Shown here piece after piece: positions 13,191-23,975 of a DNA stretch of 64,000 bases. Source of the stretch: Tubiluchus corallicola (Eukaryota > Animalia > Priapulida); the NCBI GenBank assembly GCA_030141605.1, contig JAQGDQ010000231.1:248001-312000 (forward strand). The letters are read 5' to 3'. Each line of letters opens with the position of its first letter. The stretch's first letter is position 1. The translations under genes and the position numbers were made by a program. The notes beneath the pieces were generated by a model, which did not search any database, was not told where the DNA came from, and saw only the letters and a program-made list of their open reading frames with translations.

Positions 13191-15116
13191 ATTCTAACTT
13201 TATCACATTGATTTTCAAATTTAATTTAATTAATTGCTGTTTTGTACCATCAACAGAGATGCCTGATGCAGCTCCCATAGCTACAGCCCCAAAGAATCGA
13301 CCTGTTCATATCGCACTGTGATACATGTGGAAATTCTACTTAATTCAAAATTAAACTTCAACTTCATCATAAATTCAGCCAACCTATAAACTGAATAGGC
13401 GAGCGTTTTGCCAAGACTGTAAATTTATAGCTGGAAAACAATTCTGAAAAGACATTACAAACTTATTTTAACTGAACAGCATGTATATGGCAGCTGTGAT
13501 GCCTGTAAACCTGACTTTATTAGCTTGAGGAAAAGGTTAACGCATCTGACAATGTGCTTGAGTGAAATAATGAGCGCTTGCAGACGTACTAAGAAACTAA
13601 ACTTTTATAGTTACAGACAGACAGGTAGCAAACGAAATAAAGATGCGTAAAAACACAAACGAACACAGTCGAGTTAAAAGATATTTTTGTGTAATCCCAA
13701 TTACAGCTTATTTTGTTTTGCAGATTTGTGCAATATCCTCTATAATCTGTATTGCACCGACTCCACAAAGGCTCTTCGGGCTTGATTCAGGTTAAAGCCT
13801 CCACATGACTAAATCTAACCGGCTTCTACAAGGAAAAATCAAGATTACGGAGAAAACCCACATGGCCATGCCAGGTAACAAATTCAGGGTACAAAACCTG
13901 ATGTTTTTTTTAAATCAGGTACCACAGATTTAAATCACTGTTCCAGGCTAATATAATAATAAAAATTCAGTCATAATGATTTGAGAAAAGTTCGTGAAAA
14001 AGTGAAGACAATCACGTCAAAATAACTGTAAAAATGTATATTTAAAAATCTCAAGTTTCTGCAATCTCTATGTGTTTGCAGTATAACTTGTTGACTAATT
14101 GTTGCGAATAATCGATTTCACAATAAATACTGGCAGTTTTGTGTTATAGCAAGTTCAAGAAGCAGGTTACTTTTAATGGTGTCGTGTGGTTGCTAATTTG
14201 AAAAGGGTAGAAGTGCGTTTTCGTGTCAGAAACCTCGGTGTTAGTCACCTTTCACGCAAAGCTGAGAACTTTAATTAAACCCGTAGTAATCAGCGATGCA
14301 CAGCTAGTCACAGCCCTGCAGTACGGCTAACAATAGAGTTGTAAAAGCGTAGCATTGGGTTTTCGCAACTTTCAAGTTAATGAAGATACACACTACACTG
14401 TTATATGAATGCACATTATTCAAAGAATACTTCCAACTTTGCTGGGAATTTAACTATCAAAACATGAAACTGAACACTGTTAACGTTAAAGCTGAGGCAC
14501 AAACGATTCGGTACAACTAACCCAAAAAAGACATTGCTATACTGAAAGGTATTTGTATGTTGGATTATTAAATAAAGGTTATGGTGAACTCTAACCTATT
14601 ATTTTCTGTCAATTCGTAAATGTGAGACGTTATTTGATCAATTCGGGGGCTTCATAAATACAGCTAAACGTTTTAGTTACTTGAACTGCGTAAAATTGCC
14701 AAAAAACGAAATACGACCAAGACACGAGCTCAAATTAGACGACAAAATCATCAATTAAGTAGCAGGAAAGTTACTAACTGGCCAGGGCCTTTTACCGCAG
14801 TCGTGAACGTGAATGGGGAAATTTCTGAGTTTGCTTGTACTTGTATACAGCATAAACATTATACTCAATGTTCAGTACTATCCTGATAAGCTTAAAATAT
14901 CATAACAAGCAGCTTTCAAACCGGATAACATGAAACATTACTTCACTGTTCGTGTCATCGTCTTCCGATGCGTTTTCAACACAAGAGATGAGTATTCAGG
15001 AGGGAAAAGCACACCGGTGCACAATACACGAGCGAAAGTAATGCAACTTACGGAGGAAAGGGTTTGTCAGAGACAACATCCCCAGAGACATAGATAGAAA
15101 TAGAGAAAGAGAGGGG

Positions 15117-15119
<3 letters not shown>

Positions 15120-15183
<64 letters not shown>

Positions 15184-15268
15184 AGAAAGGGAGAAAAAGA
15201 GAGGGGACGGAGCGGAGAGGGGAGAGAGAGTGGACAGAGAGACAAGAGAAGCGGGAAGAGAGGGATCA
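15120..15268. repeat. (GA)n microsatellite and degenerate GA tract beside the LINE 3' end
   Basis: Perfect (AG)n at 15121-15180, degenerate to 15268. Confidence 0.95.
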
Positions 15269-15528
15269 TTATTATTATAATTCTTTATTTAAAATTTAAA
15301 ATTGAACGCATATACAGATATTTACATAAAATACATACAGGGACCCTCTATTTGCAGGGTATGGTTAAAAAAACTTTGTAAATAAAATAGCTGTTATATT
15401 CGCAAGACTTTTAAATACCAATAAATCAATATACCAATAAAAGAACAACTAAAATCAAATAGTACCAATTTACACAAAACGACCTGTATAATATAAAAGT
15501 GACAGATATAATATAAAAGTTCAATAAT

Positions 15529-18500
15529 TTATACTAAAGTTTGTAAAAATGAATCACAAACTAACTCAGAGAAAGCAACTAGCAGGTTTTTGTCTCGAGA
15601 GGTATAAATTTTACTAATGTTTTGAAATTGTAGGCTATTTGCAAGCGCTAATCTTTTATTTTCGTCGACCAAAGTACAATTAAAAAGCAAATGTTCAACT
15701 GTTTGTGCTTCCTCTGAGCATATACAGGCATTTTCGTGTATGTATCCAATTTTAAAAAGAAAATCTTTAAAGTTACCTTGCCCTAATAAAATACTACAAG
15801 ATAGTTTTTCTAGCCTTCTGCTTTTTGTATGAAAAGGAAGGTCTAGTGGAGTTAAAAATACATTTTCAGGAAGAATAGACAACTCCTGGCATTGGTAGCG
15901 AGTACGGCATCTATTTTTCCATAGGTGTGTTATAAAATGCTCAATATCCTGTTTTTTGTACTCAAGGATATTCAGTGGTATACTACCGTAATCAATAGTA
16001 CGTGAATTATAATTTTTACATAATTTTAAATATTGACCACTAGAAGCCAGTGATTCTCGAATGAAATGTCTATGACCGATTGTGGGATCACGACTAATCT
16101 CTATTATATGAGTTTTGACTAAATCTGAATCCGACATTGCTAGAGATTTTAGCATAAATTTTACTGTGATTCCCTTAAGTATAATATCAAGTGGGGGTAG
16201 CCCACAAATTAACTCTAGTTTGTCTTTTGAGGGGTGAAAGTGACAACCAGTAGCAGTTTTCATAACGTCATACAACAGATCGTCAAACACTGAGTGCTTT
16301 CTTACCATCCAGGTTGGAGCAGCATACATTATAATTGGTAAAACTAAAGTCTTAAATAGAGCAATGATAACACTGAGACTGAAGCCTTTATACAGCATGC
16401 TCTTACGCTTAATTGACATCCACCTATTCCAAGCTTGTCTTCTAACCTTACTTACATGATTTTCAAATGACAAATTACTGTCGATTGTAACTCCTAAAAC
16501 TTTACTACTTTGCACGTAACTAACATCATTGGTTCCAAATTTTAAGCAGTCGTTTAAATCATGAAGGCCAAATGGAATTACTTCAGTTTTTCCTTGCGAG
16601 CAATTTAGTATCTGCCGCCATTTAAAACACCAATTATAGAGTTTATCACAGCACAGCTGACTAGTTCTAAGCGTTTCATATTCGGAAGAACAAGCTACAA
16701 GTATTGTTCCGTCATCTGCATATTTAAAATTATCAGTATTTGATATTGCTAAGATTTCGTCAAACATGTCGGACACATAAAAATTAAATAGCACCGGGGA
16801 GATGACTGACCCCTGTGGCAGACCTATCTTACAACAGTATTCCTGAGAAGTATAGTTATTGACCTTGCTGCGCACATTCCTTTCATATAGAAAAGTCTTA
16901 ATAAGACCCAGAATTCTACCTTTAAAGCCGGCCTCATATAGCTTAAACAGTAGACCATCCAACCAGACGCTGTCAAAAGCGCGCTGGAAATCACAGCAGA
17001 TAGACAGACAGACATCATTTTGTAGTAAATGCTTTTGAATATTTGATATTAAGCGAATCAAATAGCGACCGGTATTGCGACCTGCCATGAAACCTTCCTG
17101 CACTTCGTCTATCAGATCATTTTCAGATATGTAAGTTCTCAATCGATTTGACAGTAAACGTTCAGCAAATTTGCCAAAATAGGATGAGAGCGTCAGGGGT
17201 CGAAAGCTACCAGGATCCGTATAATTTGTTTTGCCTTCCTTTTTAATGAATATTACATTGGATTCACGCCAAACCCACTCGCTTTTACTTAAACAAAGAT
17301 TACACAAGTATAGAAAAACGGCCTTGGCCCAGAAGCCAAGGTGTTTAACCATCAGTGGATGAAAGCCATCGCAGTCGGTGCTTTTTTTTGCCTGCGTGAC
17401 TGTTTCTTTTATTGCAATGTTTAGTTCATCCATTGTAAAGTTACAGTTTATAGCAAGGGGCACCATGCCTCTATAATCATAGCGAGAAACTTCCCCCTCT
17501 ACTTGCTGCTGCCAAAAATAATCAAAATTTGCACCGTTTACGTGATCTCCACTTAAAAAATTTTTGTATAGTACCTCACAAATATCTTGATTTTCGCTAT
17601 ATATGTTTCCTTCATATTTTAGCATGCCGATATCTGAATTTGCTCTACCAGTAAATATTTTCTTGTATTCTCTCCAGAATGCATTACTTTTACGAACATT
17701 TAAGTTGACACACTTTTTATAAAGCCAGTTATCAGCAGCTGTGCGAAGTTCTTCATCAAACTTATTCTTTTCTTCAAGATACCGGTTCCTATTGTGAATA
17801 TTAGAATGCTTTAGATAGATTTTTCTCAACCTTCGTACATTGTTTGACAAAAAACTTAAGTTTTGAGTCCAAAACGGTTTTGAGTGATTACATATAACTT
17901 TCTTTGGTAGTACAGCTTCATTGCTGTTTTTTATTAATTTCTGAAACAACTGCCACAGCTCAATAGGGTCCTCTCGCATTATAGCATCGTTAAGGAGCGC
18001 AAAATTAGAGCGCAAACTATTTTCTAAATAACCTGACCAGCTATGCCAATTACTGCTTTTGAAATCGAAGACAGTACGCTTTGCTGTTGTGCTATAGTTA
18101 TGGAAAGATGCACCTAACTTAGTAATGACTGGAAAGTGGCCCATTAACGGAGCTCCACTAAACAATTCAACCTCGTCGTCAACGCTTTGTGTCACCGGTA
18201 ATGACGCAAGATTGTTTGTGAGCAATACAATATCAATGATGCTTTTGCCGTGGGCTGATTTAAATGTTTCAACCAACGGTGCAACAGGCAGTACTGGATA
18301 TGTGCTAGACCATACAAAGTCATTTAAAAGTTGCCCATGTGAGTTAGTTTTTACATCCCACATAAAACTTCTACTATTCAGATCTCCAGTTAACATAACA
18401 CCGTCTAGGCTTTGTTGATCAGAAAATAGGCAGGCCTTTTTGAAAGAAGCTAGCATTGATTGCATGTGCTCGACTTTGTTTGGCAGAACATATACAGAAG

Positions 18501-18822
18501 CTACAATCATTTTCAAACCTTTGCCTTTAACTAAAACCCAAATTGTATCTGTGTTGTTATCTTCTAATTCGTGTAGTCTGCAACTAATCAATCCATTTTT
18601 TACGAATACTGCACATCCACTTGTATTTGGGTCCTTATTTTTGACATAACTTTGATAATTAGTTAGAGTCACATCATCGTATTGTTTAGCTTTCACTTCC
18701 TGTACTGTAACAATATCAAAGTAGTAGGAGTTTACATACTTGTCTAACGCATATTGTGAACGAACAGAAAAAGTATTGATATTAATTTGGCATACACTGA
18801 GACACCTAGAAGATGCAGCCAT
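15529..18822 (-). CDS. LINE ORF2: AP endonuclease, reverse transcriptase and C-terminal CCHC finger (1097 aa)
   Basis: APE motifs QININ, VQE, GDLNS, SIIDI, GHFPV. RT motifs FRPLTL, QEGF, DFQRAFD, GLPQGSVISP, YADD, LGV. C-terminal CICSEEAQTVEHLLFNC. Confidence 0.96.
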   Translation of the reverse strand: MAASSRCLSVCQININTFSVRSQYALDKYVNSYYFDIVTVQEVKAKQYDDVTLTNYQSYVKNKDPNTSGCAVFVKNGLISCRLHELEDNNTDTIWVLVKGKGLKMIVASVYVLPNKVEHMQSMLASFKKACLFSDQQSLDGVMLTGDLNSRSFMWDVKTNSHGQLLNDFVWSSTYPVLPVAPLVETFKSAHGKSIIDIVLLTNNLASLPVTQSVDDEVELFSGAPLMGHFPVITKLGASFHNYSTTAKRTVFDFKSSNWHSWSGYLENSLRSNFALLNDAIMREDPIELWQLFQKLIKNSNEAVLPKKVICNHSKPFWTQNLSFLSNNVRRLRKIYLKHSNIHNRNRYLEEKNKFDEELRTAADNWLYKKCVNLNVRKSNAFWREYKKIFTGRANSDIGMLKYEGNIYSENQDICEVLYKNFLSGDHVNGANFDYFWQQQVEGEVSRYDYRGMVPLAINCNFTMDELNIAIKETVTQAKKSTDCDGFHPLMVKHLGFWAKAVFLYLCNLCLSKSEWVWRESNVIFIKKEGKTNYTDPGSFRPLTLSSYFGKFAERLLSNRLRTYISENDLIDEVQEGFMAGRNTGRYLIRLISNIQKHLLQNDVCLSICCDFQRAFDSVWLDGLLFKLYEAGFKGRILGLIKTFLYERNVRSKVNNYTSQEYCCKIGLPQGSVISPVLFNFYVSDMFDEILAISNTDNFKYADDGTILVACSSEYETLRTSQLCCDKLYNWCFKWRQILNCSQGKTEVIPFGLHDLNDCLKFGTNDVSYVQSSKVLGVTIDSNLSFENHVSKVRRQAWNRWMSIKRKSMLYKGFSLSVIIALFKTLVLPIIMYAAPTWMVRKHSVFDDLLYDVMKTATGCHFHPSKDKLELICGLPPLDIILKGITVKFMLKSLAMSDSDLVKTHIIEISRDPTIGHRHFIRESLASSGQYLKLCKNYNSRTIDYGSIPLNILEYKKQDIEHFITHLWKNRCRTRYQCQELSILPENVFLTPLDLPFHTKSRRLEKLSCSILLGQGNFKDFLFKIGYIHENACICSEEAQTVEHLLFNCTLVDENKRLALANSLQFQNISKIYTSRDKNLLVAFSELVCDSFLQTLV

Positions 18823-19997
18823 TAGATACGGTTAAGTCTTTTTAACTGATCTAAGTATGTAGAGCAATTCTTGGAATTGGCTTCATGCTCACTTTTGCCA
18901 TTGTAGCACTTTATCTCTTTGCTGTTGCATTCAGATGTTTTATGCAGATTTCCGCATTTACCACAGTTGGCTTTATTTCTGCACCACTTAGCAACGTGTC
19001 CAAAAGACTGACACTTGTAACAGCGTAAAGGTGTTTGTTTTCGGATATATTGTTCTACTTCGCACAGAAGATGTTTTATAGGAATTCGCTCCTGTATTGC
19101 ACGTTGTAGTTCAACGTCTGAGCTAAATTTCACCTTAACTATTGGCATATTGGCTCCGTTCTTCCGTTTAAATCGCTCTACTTCGATTACTGGGAACTTC
19201 TGTTCAATTGCCGCCTTTATTTCGTCTTCAGTCAATTCCGGGTCACAGTCTTTGATCACTCCAATAGAGTACTTATTTGGTTTTCTGACTTTCGTGTCGG
19301 TACCCATATAAGTTGGGTTCCATGAGCTTATTATTTCATCGGCAGTTTCAGAATCTTTTAACTGAATTTGTATGTTTCCTCGAGCAGTTCTGTAGGCTAT
19401 TTCAAATCTTGCACGTGGAAAATACTTACACAGATTTGTTTTAATTGATGCGCTGGTCTCTACAAGTTTTTTGTCTTTAACATTTTCTATTATAACTGTT
19501 CTAGCTGGATCATATTGAACAATGGGATTTTGTGTATTTGGAAACTGACGTTTTCGAGAAGTAACAGACGTTTGCATGTCTTTTTTCACAGCATTGCTAT
19601 AGGAAGTAAGGCCGGAAGGTCTGCGTTCTGTTCCCGACAGCTTTTCTATTGATTGTTCTATCTGATTTAGTTTATCCATGACAGGATCACCTGATATTTT
19701 TTTCAGCCGGTTTAATATTTCGGTCAGCTTGTTGATATCGTTCTCTTCCTGAATGAAATGAATTATTTCAGTTTTTAGTAGATCAAGGAAGCCTGCTTTG
19801 CTAGCATCATTCGGCGCTTGGGGTTTTGGCTCCGACTGCGTCCCAATAGTTTCAGTCTCAGAGTCTGATTCGTTATCATTTGAGAACTTGTGAAAACAGC
19901 CAACGCACACCTCGCAGTATATTTCTCTTTTTGTTATTTCCTTACTGCGTCTACAAATAGTACAGCTTTTCCTGGCTAGTACGCCAGAGGTACTCAT
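18822..19997 (-). CDS. LINE ORF1: gag-like nucleic-acid-binding protein with zinc knuckles (391 aa)
   Basis: CYKCQSFGHVAKWC, CGKCGNLHKTSEC and a degenerate third knuckle CYNGKSEHEANSKNC; coiled-coil-like segment; SYSNAVK motif; N-terminal CxxC..CxxCxxxFH. Confidence 0.93.
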   Translation of the reverse strand: MSTSGVLARKSCTICRRSKEITKREIYCEVCVGCFHKFSNDNESDSETETIGTQSEPKPQAPNDASKAGFLDLLKTEIIHFIQEENDINKLTEILNRLKKISGDPVMDKLNQIEQSIEKLSGTERRPSGLTSYSNAVKKDMQTSVTSRKRQFPNTQNPIVQYDPARTVIIENVKDKKLVETSASIKTNLCKYFPRARFEIAYRTARGNIQIQLKDSETADEIISSWNPTYMGTDTKVRKPNKYSIGVIKDCDPELTEDEIKAAIEQKFPVIEVERFKRKNGANMPIVKVKFSSDVELQRAIQERIPIKHLLCEVEQYIRKQTPLRCYKCQSFGHVAKWCRNKANCGKCGNLHKTSECNSKEIKCYNGKSEHEANSKNCSTYLDQLKRLNRI

Positions 19998-20249
19998 TTT
20001 GAAGAAGGTATAGCGTAATCAGGATATAATATATGCCTTATAATGCCCGAGGATGTCAAGGGGAACGTCTTTGTCACAAGGAACTGATTTTCCTTAAATT
20101 ACCATTGATAGTTAACGACCCGATTAGGGCCTTTTGTGTAGGTCCTCCACTAATTCTCGGCGTTTGGTTTTCGCGCCAAATCCACACAATATAGTTCTTA
20201 TAACAATGTTTATTTCGTTGATAACTTTAATAAGATCAATTATCACAGA

Positions 20250-20476
<227 letters not shown>

Positions 20477-20799
20477 GAAAGAGATCAGAGAAAGAGAAAG
20501 TGGGGAATATAGCCTACAAAAACAAGTCTATTACTTTACTCAACAGCACTGACATCGTACCTCGCCCTGTAAATATATAATAACAAAACATGAACAATAC
20601 AACTCATGAGCGAACGCTTTGCTAGTAGAATTCGCTATCACCAACATATGTGATTTGATTAATGGTTTATAATTTATTGGGTACAAAAGTAAACAGTTAC
20701 AATGAAACGAGTGAAACGACACATCCAAAAAAAGATATATATGTTACAGACCCAATGGATTAAAAACAAATAAACAAAATAAAACAAAATAATTAACAG

Positions 20800-21650
20800 T
20801 ATTATTAAAAGTGTGCACTAGCTAGCCAGCTTACAGTTTTAAGTATTTCAGTATCAGAACTGCTACATAAGAATATAGACTGTGCGTCTGTCGTTAGATT
20901 TATAAAATCAGGATATAAATCCATTGTAATTTGAAAATATTTAGCTTTAGTATTGTTATGTTTAGTACAACACATTAACATAATTATGTTTTTCGTCTTC
21001 GATTTGATTTAGACCACAATAGTTACATATTCTTAGATTGAGGCATCCTACGGGGCTTATGGTGCTGTCCGGTCTCTATAGCTAGACCATGCACGTTTAT
21101 TCGAAATTTTGGTAAACTGTTTATTAACAAATAGTTTTCCAGCACATAATTAAGTTTAAATTTACAATACGTTCTCAATTTATTACCTTCGTTAATATTA
21201 GTAGTCGACATTGTCCATCCTGTCAGGTACACATCTTAAATTAACCTTATGTTTAACAGAACTGAGTAGTTTAATATCACTTTAATATGCCGAGATAAAC
21301 TAAGACAGCTTTAACAAAACATTCCCAACTGTTGATGCCATTTTTACTAGTTATAGATACATGAACGCATTGTATAAGTTACAGACGAGTGACATTACAT
21401 GTAGCAAATTCTTTATAGCTTTACAAATGATATCAATATCTAAAGGATAGATTCCTAGTTCACCATATATAGCATTCATTTCACGGATTTGTTATTAATA
21501 TTAAAAATGTAGCAGCACAACTTCAAGTCTCAATTAAAATAATCACAATAGAGTTCAGAGAAAGCTTGAGTAAAAATACTTAGAAAACAACACCCCATAT
21601 TTCACTGCCATGTAGTGTGACAGGTTTAACTATGGTATTAAATATGTGTA
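20800..21650 (-). pseudogene. Degenerate CR1/L2-group LINE 3' fragment
   Basis: ORF 21023-21232 reads NKLRTYCKFK..ENYL..KFRINVHGLAIETGQH, the typical post-RT motif of CR1/L2-group ORF2; the flanks are full of stops. Confidence 0.65.
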
Positions 21651-22404
21651 TTAGCAATGATGTCGAGGCTGTTTTGGTGTTTATCTATTAAATAATTTCA
21701 ATAGTTGGCAACACCTGTAAGCACTGTGACCATCATCTATAAACATAGGAAAATAAAGGAATCGGAAGCGTTGAAAATTGACGATTTTTTGAACAGACAT
21801 TTCCGTTTTGAATGGATTAGTGCCACAAGAATGTAACGCATTACAGTTCAGCAATAATGCGAGTTTTTCCATACGACACGACAGTTCGTATTCCACACCG
21901 CATTTACAATTACCGCGCAGCGACAACAACAGAATAAAATGTGCGCACCCTTGCACTTTCGATTACCCCCATCTTATCACATCTGTCAAAAGAGTGAAAA
22001 TAATGCACTGTGACGTTTCAAGCCGAGGAAGCTTTATAGTCGAGTTGCTCTCTTATTCCTGTATAATTTGATCGATTGACGCATCAGCTTGCTAGTAAAT
22101 TCCCCACCGATTATGCTGATTAGACACGGTTAAAGCGCATTTTAAGTGGTTTATAATCACGCATTTAATCACATATATTATGCACGCTTTGTAAATGCAA
22201 CACGGAGCTGTAAAAAGCAAAAATCAAATGCATTTTAGACTAAATTCATTGATTACCAGCTATCTTGATTGAACCTGTAGTAAAATCAAGAACAATGCAA
22301 AGGCGGTTTTACTTACGCAATGTAGGAAAACGAATGTACTTAGCATAATAAAATTATTAAAAATTTAGTAATAAAATTTGATACGAAAATTACCACGGCA
22401 AAAG

Positions 22405-22735
22405 TAGGTATCGACGACATGCTGTTGTGGAGACCATAAATAGCGTATTATCAACGTCTCAGAGTATTACGTACTCCATCATCAGGGAAAAATGTGTAAT
22501 AACAATAATAAAAACTAGCAAATCAAAGAAAATATAAAAAATAATCAGTTATGAATATAATAATTAGTTCATAAGTGAGTAAAGAATTAAGTGACAGATT
22601 ACATGCAATAAGGTTATTGCTACTGCTATTGTCGTTACAAATTTTTAATTCTTTTTTCTGACGATAAAGTAATATGCTCTGAAATGTTGATTAATACATT
22701 GTTTACAGTTTCTACAACAGCATGTTGTCGATGTT
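22405..22735. mobile_element. Inverted pair of Penelope-like terminal-repeat relics, each with a degenerate hammerhead ribozyme core
   Basis: Minus strand 22486 to 22405: CTGATGA-T-GGAGTA-cgtaa-TACTCT-GAGAC-GTTGA..CAACAGCATGTCGTCGAT. Plus strand 22658 to 22735: CTGACGA-T-AAAGTA-ata-TGCTCT-GAAAT-GTTGA..CAACAGCATGTTGTCGAT. Confidence 0.6.
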
Positions 22736-23379
22736 TACATTTGTCACCGGGATCAGATTCTCCTAATCTAACTTCATTTTTGCACAGTAAACCACACATG
22801 CAGCTTGTCTAGCGTTTGTTAGTGGCATTTTACCCTAATTTGGTAGAAGCCGCATTACAGTATTTAATTAAACACGTACGCAAAAAAGCAAGGCAGAAAT
22901 AAAGGATGGCGACTCAACATAGCAAACAAATTACTTGTCTGCAAAGATCAGCATAATTCTGCGACACATGAATATAAATTACTCATTTAATTACGCAACT
23001 AATGATCAACAGCCGAGAATAACGTTTTCACGCAATTTCTCGTCTTTTCAGATTAAAGTAAAAAACTCTCACAACCTTTTAATGTAGATTAAAGGCGGAT
23101 TCTGTAACTAGGGCGGCGGTATGGCTTACAAAGGTATACTAGGCCTACACATGGGACACATACAGCAAATGCCCATCAGCAAACTCTGTATTAGTTATTG
23201 AAAGGGTTCCATGAAGATGCGGGAGGAGGGAACGAAAAAAGGACTCTATGGAAATTGGAAAGACGTACAAAAGAATATGAGCCTGCAAGGCTTACCAAAA
23301 TTACCGCTTATGCTAAGTATGTTGAGTTATGACAATGGAAAATTTCCTGCAGTACAAGAGTAGTTTTAAGACAATCGAT

Positions 23380-23975
23380 CTTAGACAAGGGGTTTTAGGC
23401 AGCTTGGACACATTGGTTATCTGGACACAGAGGCTATTCAGACACTAGTGTCTTAGACACATAGGGTATTAGGGTACTAGGACATAGCAGTTTGAACGCA
23501 TAGATCCGTTTGCATACAAGGTAATTTGGACATGTGTCGTTTATAGATAGTCTGGGTACAGGTTATTTGGACATAGACTGTTTAGACAAGGTATCATTAA
23601 AATGCGCAATAAAATTTTTTTGTTCATTCAGTGTGTCACGTGACGAGCATTTTGCCTGACTAACTGCACTTTGGCAGGTATGAAATAATTCCGACGTTCT
23701 CGCCATAGTTACTTATTTCAGCATGAAAGCCATACAAAAAACGTCTAAATACCTATTATTAGAAGTGTCCAAATTACGTTGGTGTTCAAATAGCCTATGT
23801 GCCCAACTCACCCATGTGTCCAAATCGCCTTGTGTCCAAATTACCTATGTGTCCAAATAGCTTATGGGTCCAAAATACCCTGTGTTCAATGTACAGATGT
23901 CATGTGTCCAAAGTGCCAACGTGTCGAAAGGACCTACGTGTTCCAAAGTTTTGTGGCCAAGCATCCAAGCTGTCA
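23380..23975. repeat. Foldback-like element with arms built from short (about 17-20 bp) TTGGACACA / TGTGTCCAA sub-repeats
   Basis: The left arm (about 23380-23592) repeats TTGGACA/TAGACA; the right arm (about 23742-23975) repeats TGTCCAA in inverted orientation around a spacer of about 150 bp. Confidence 0.7.
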
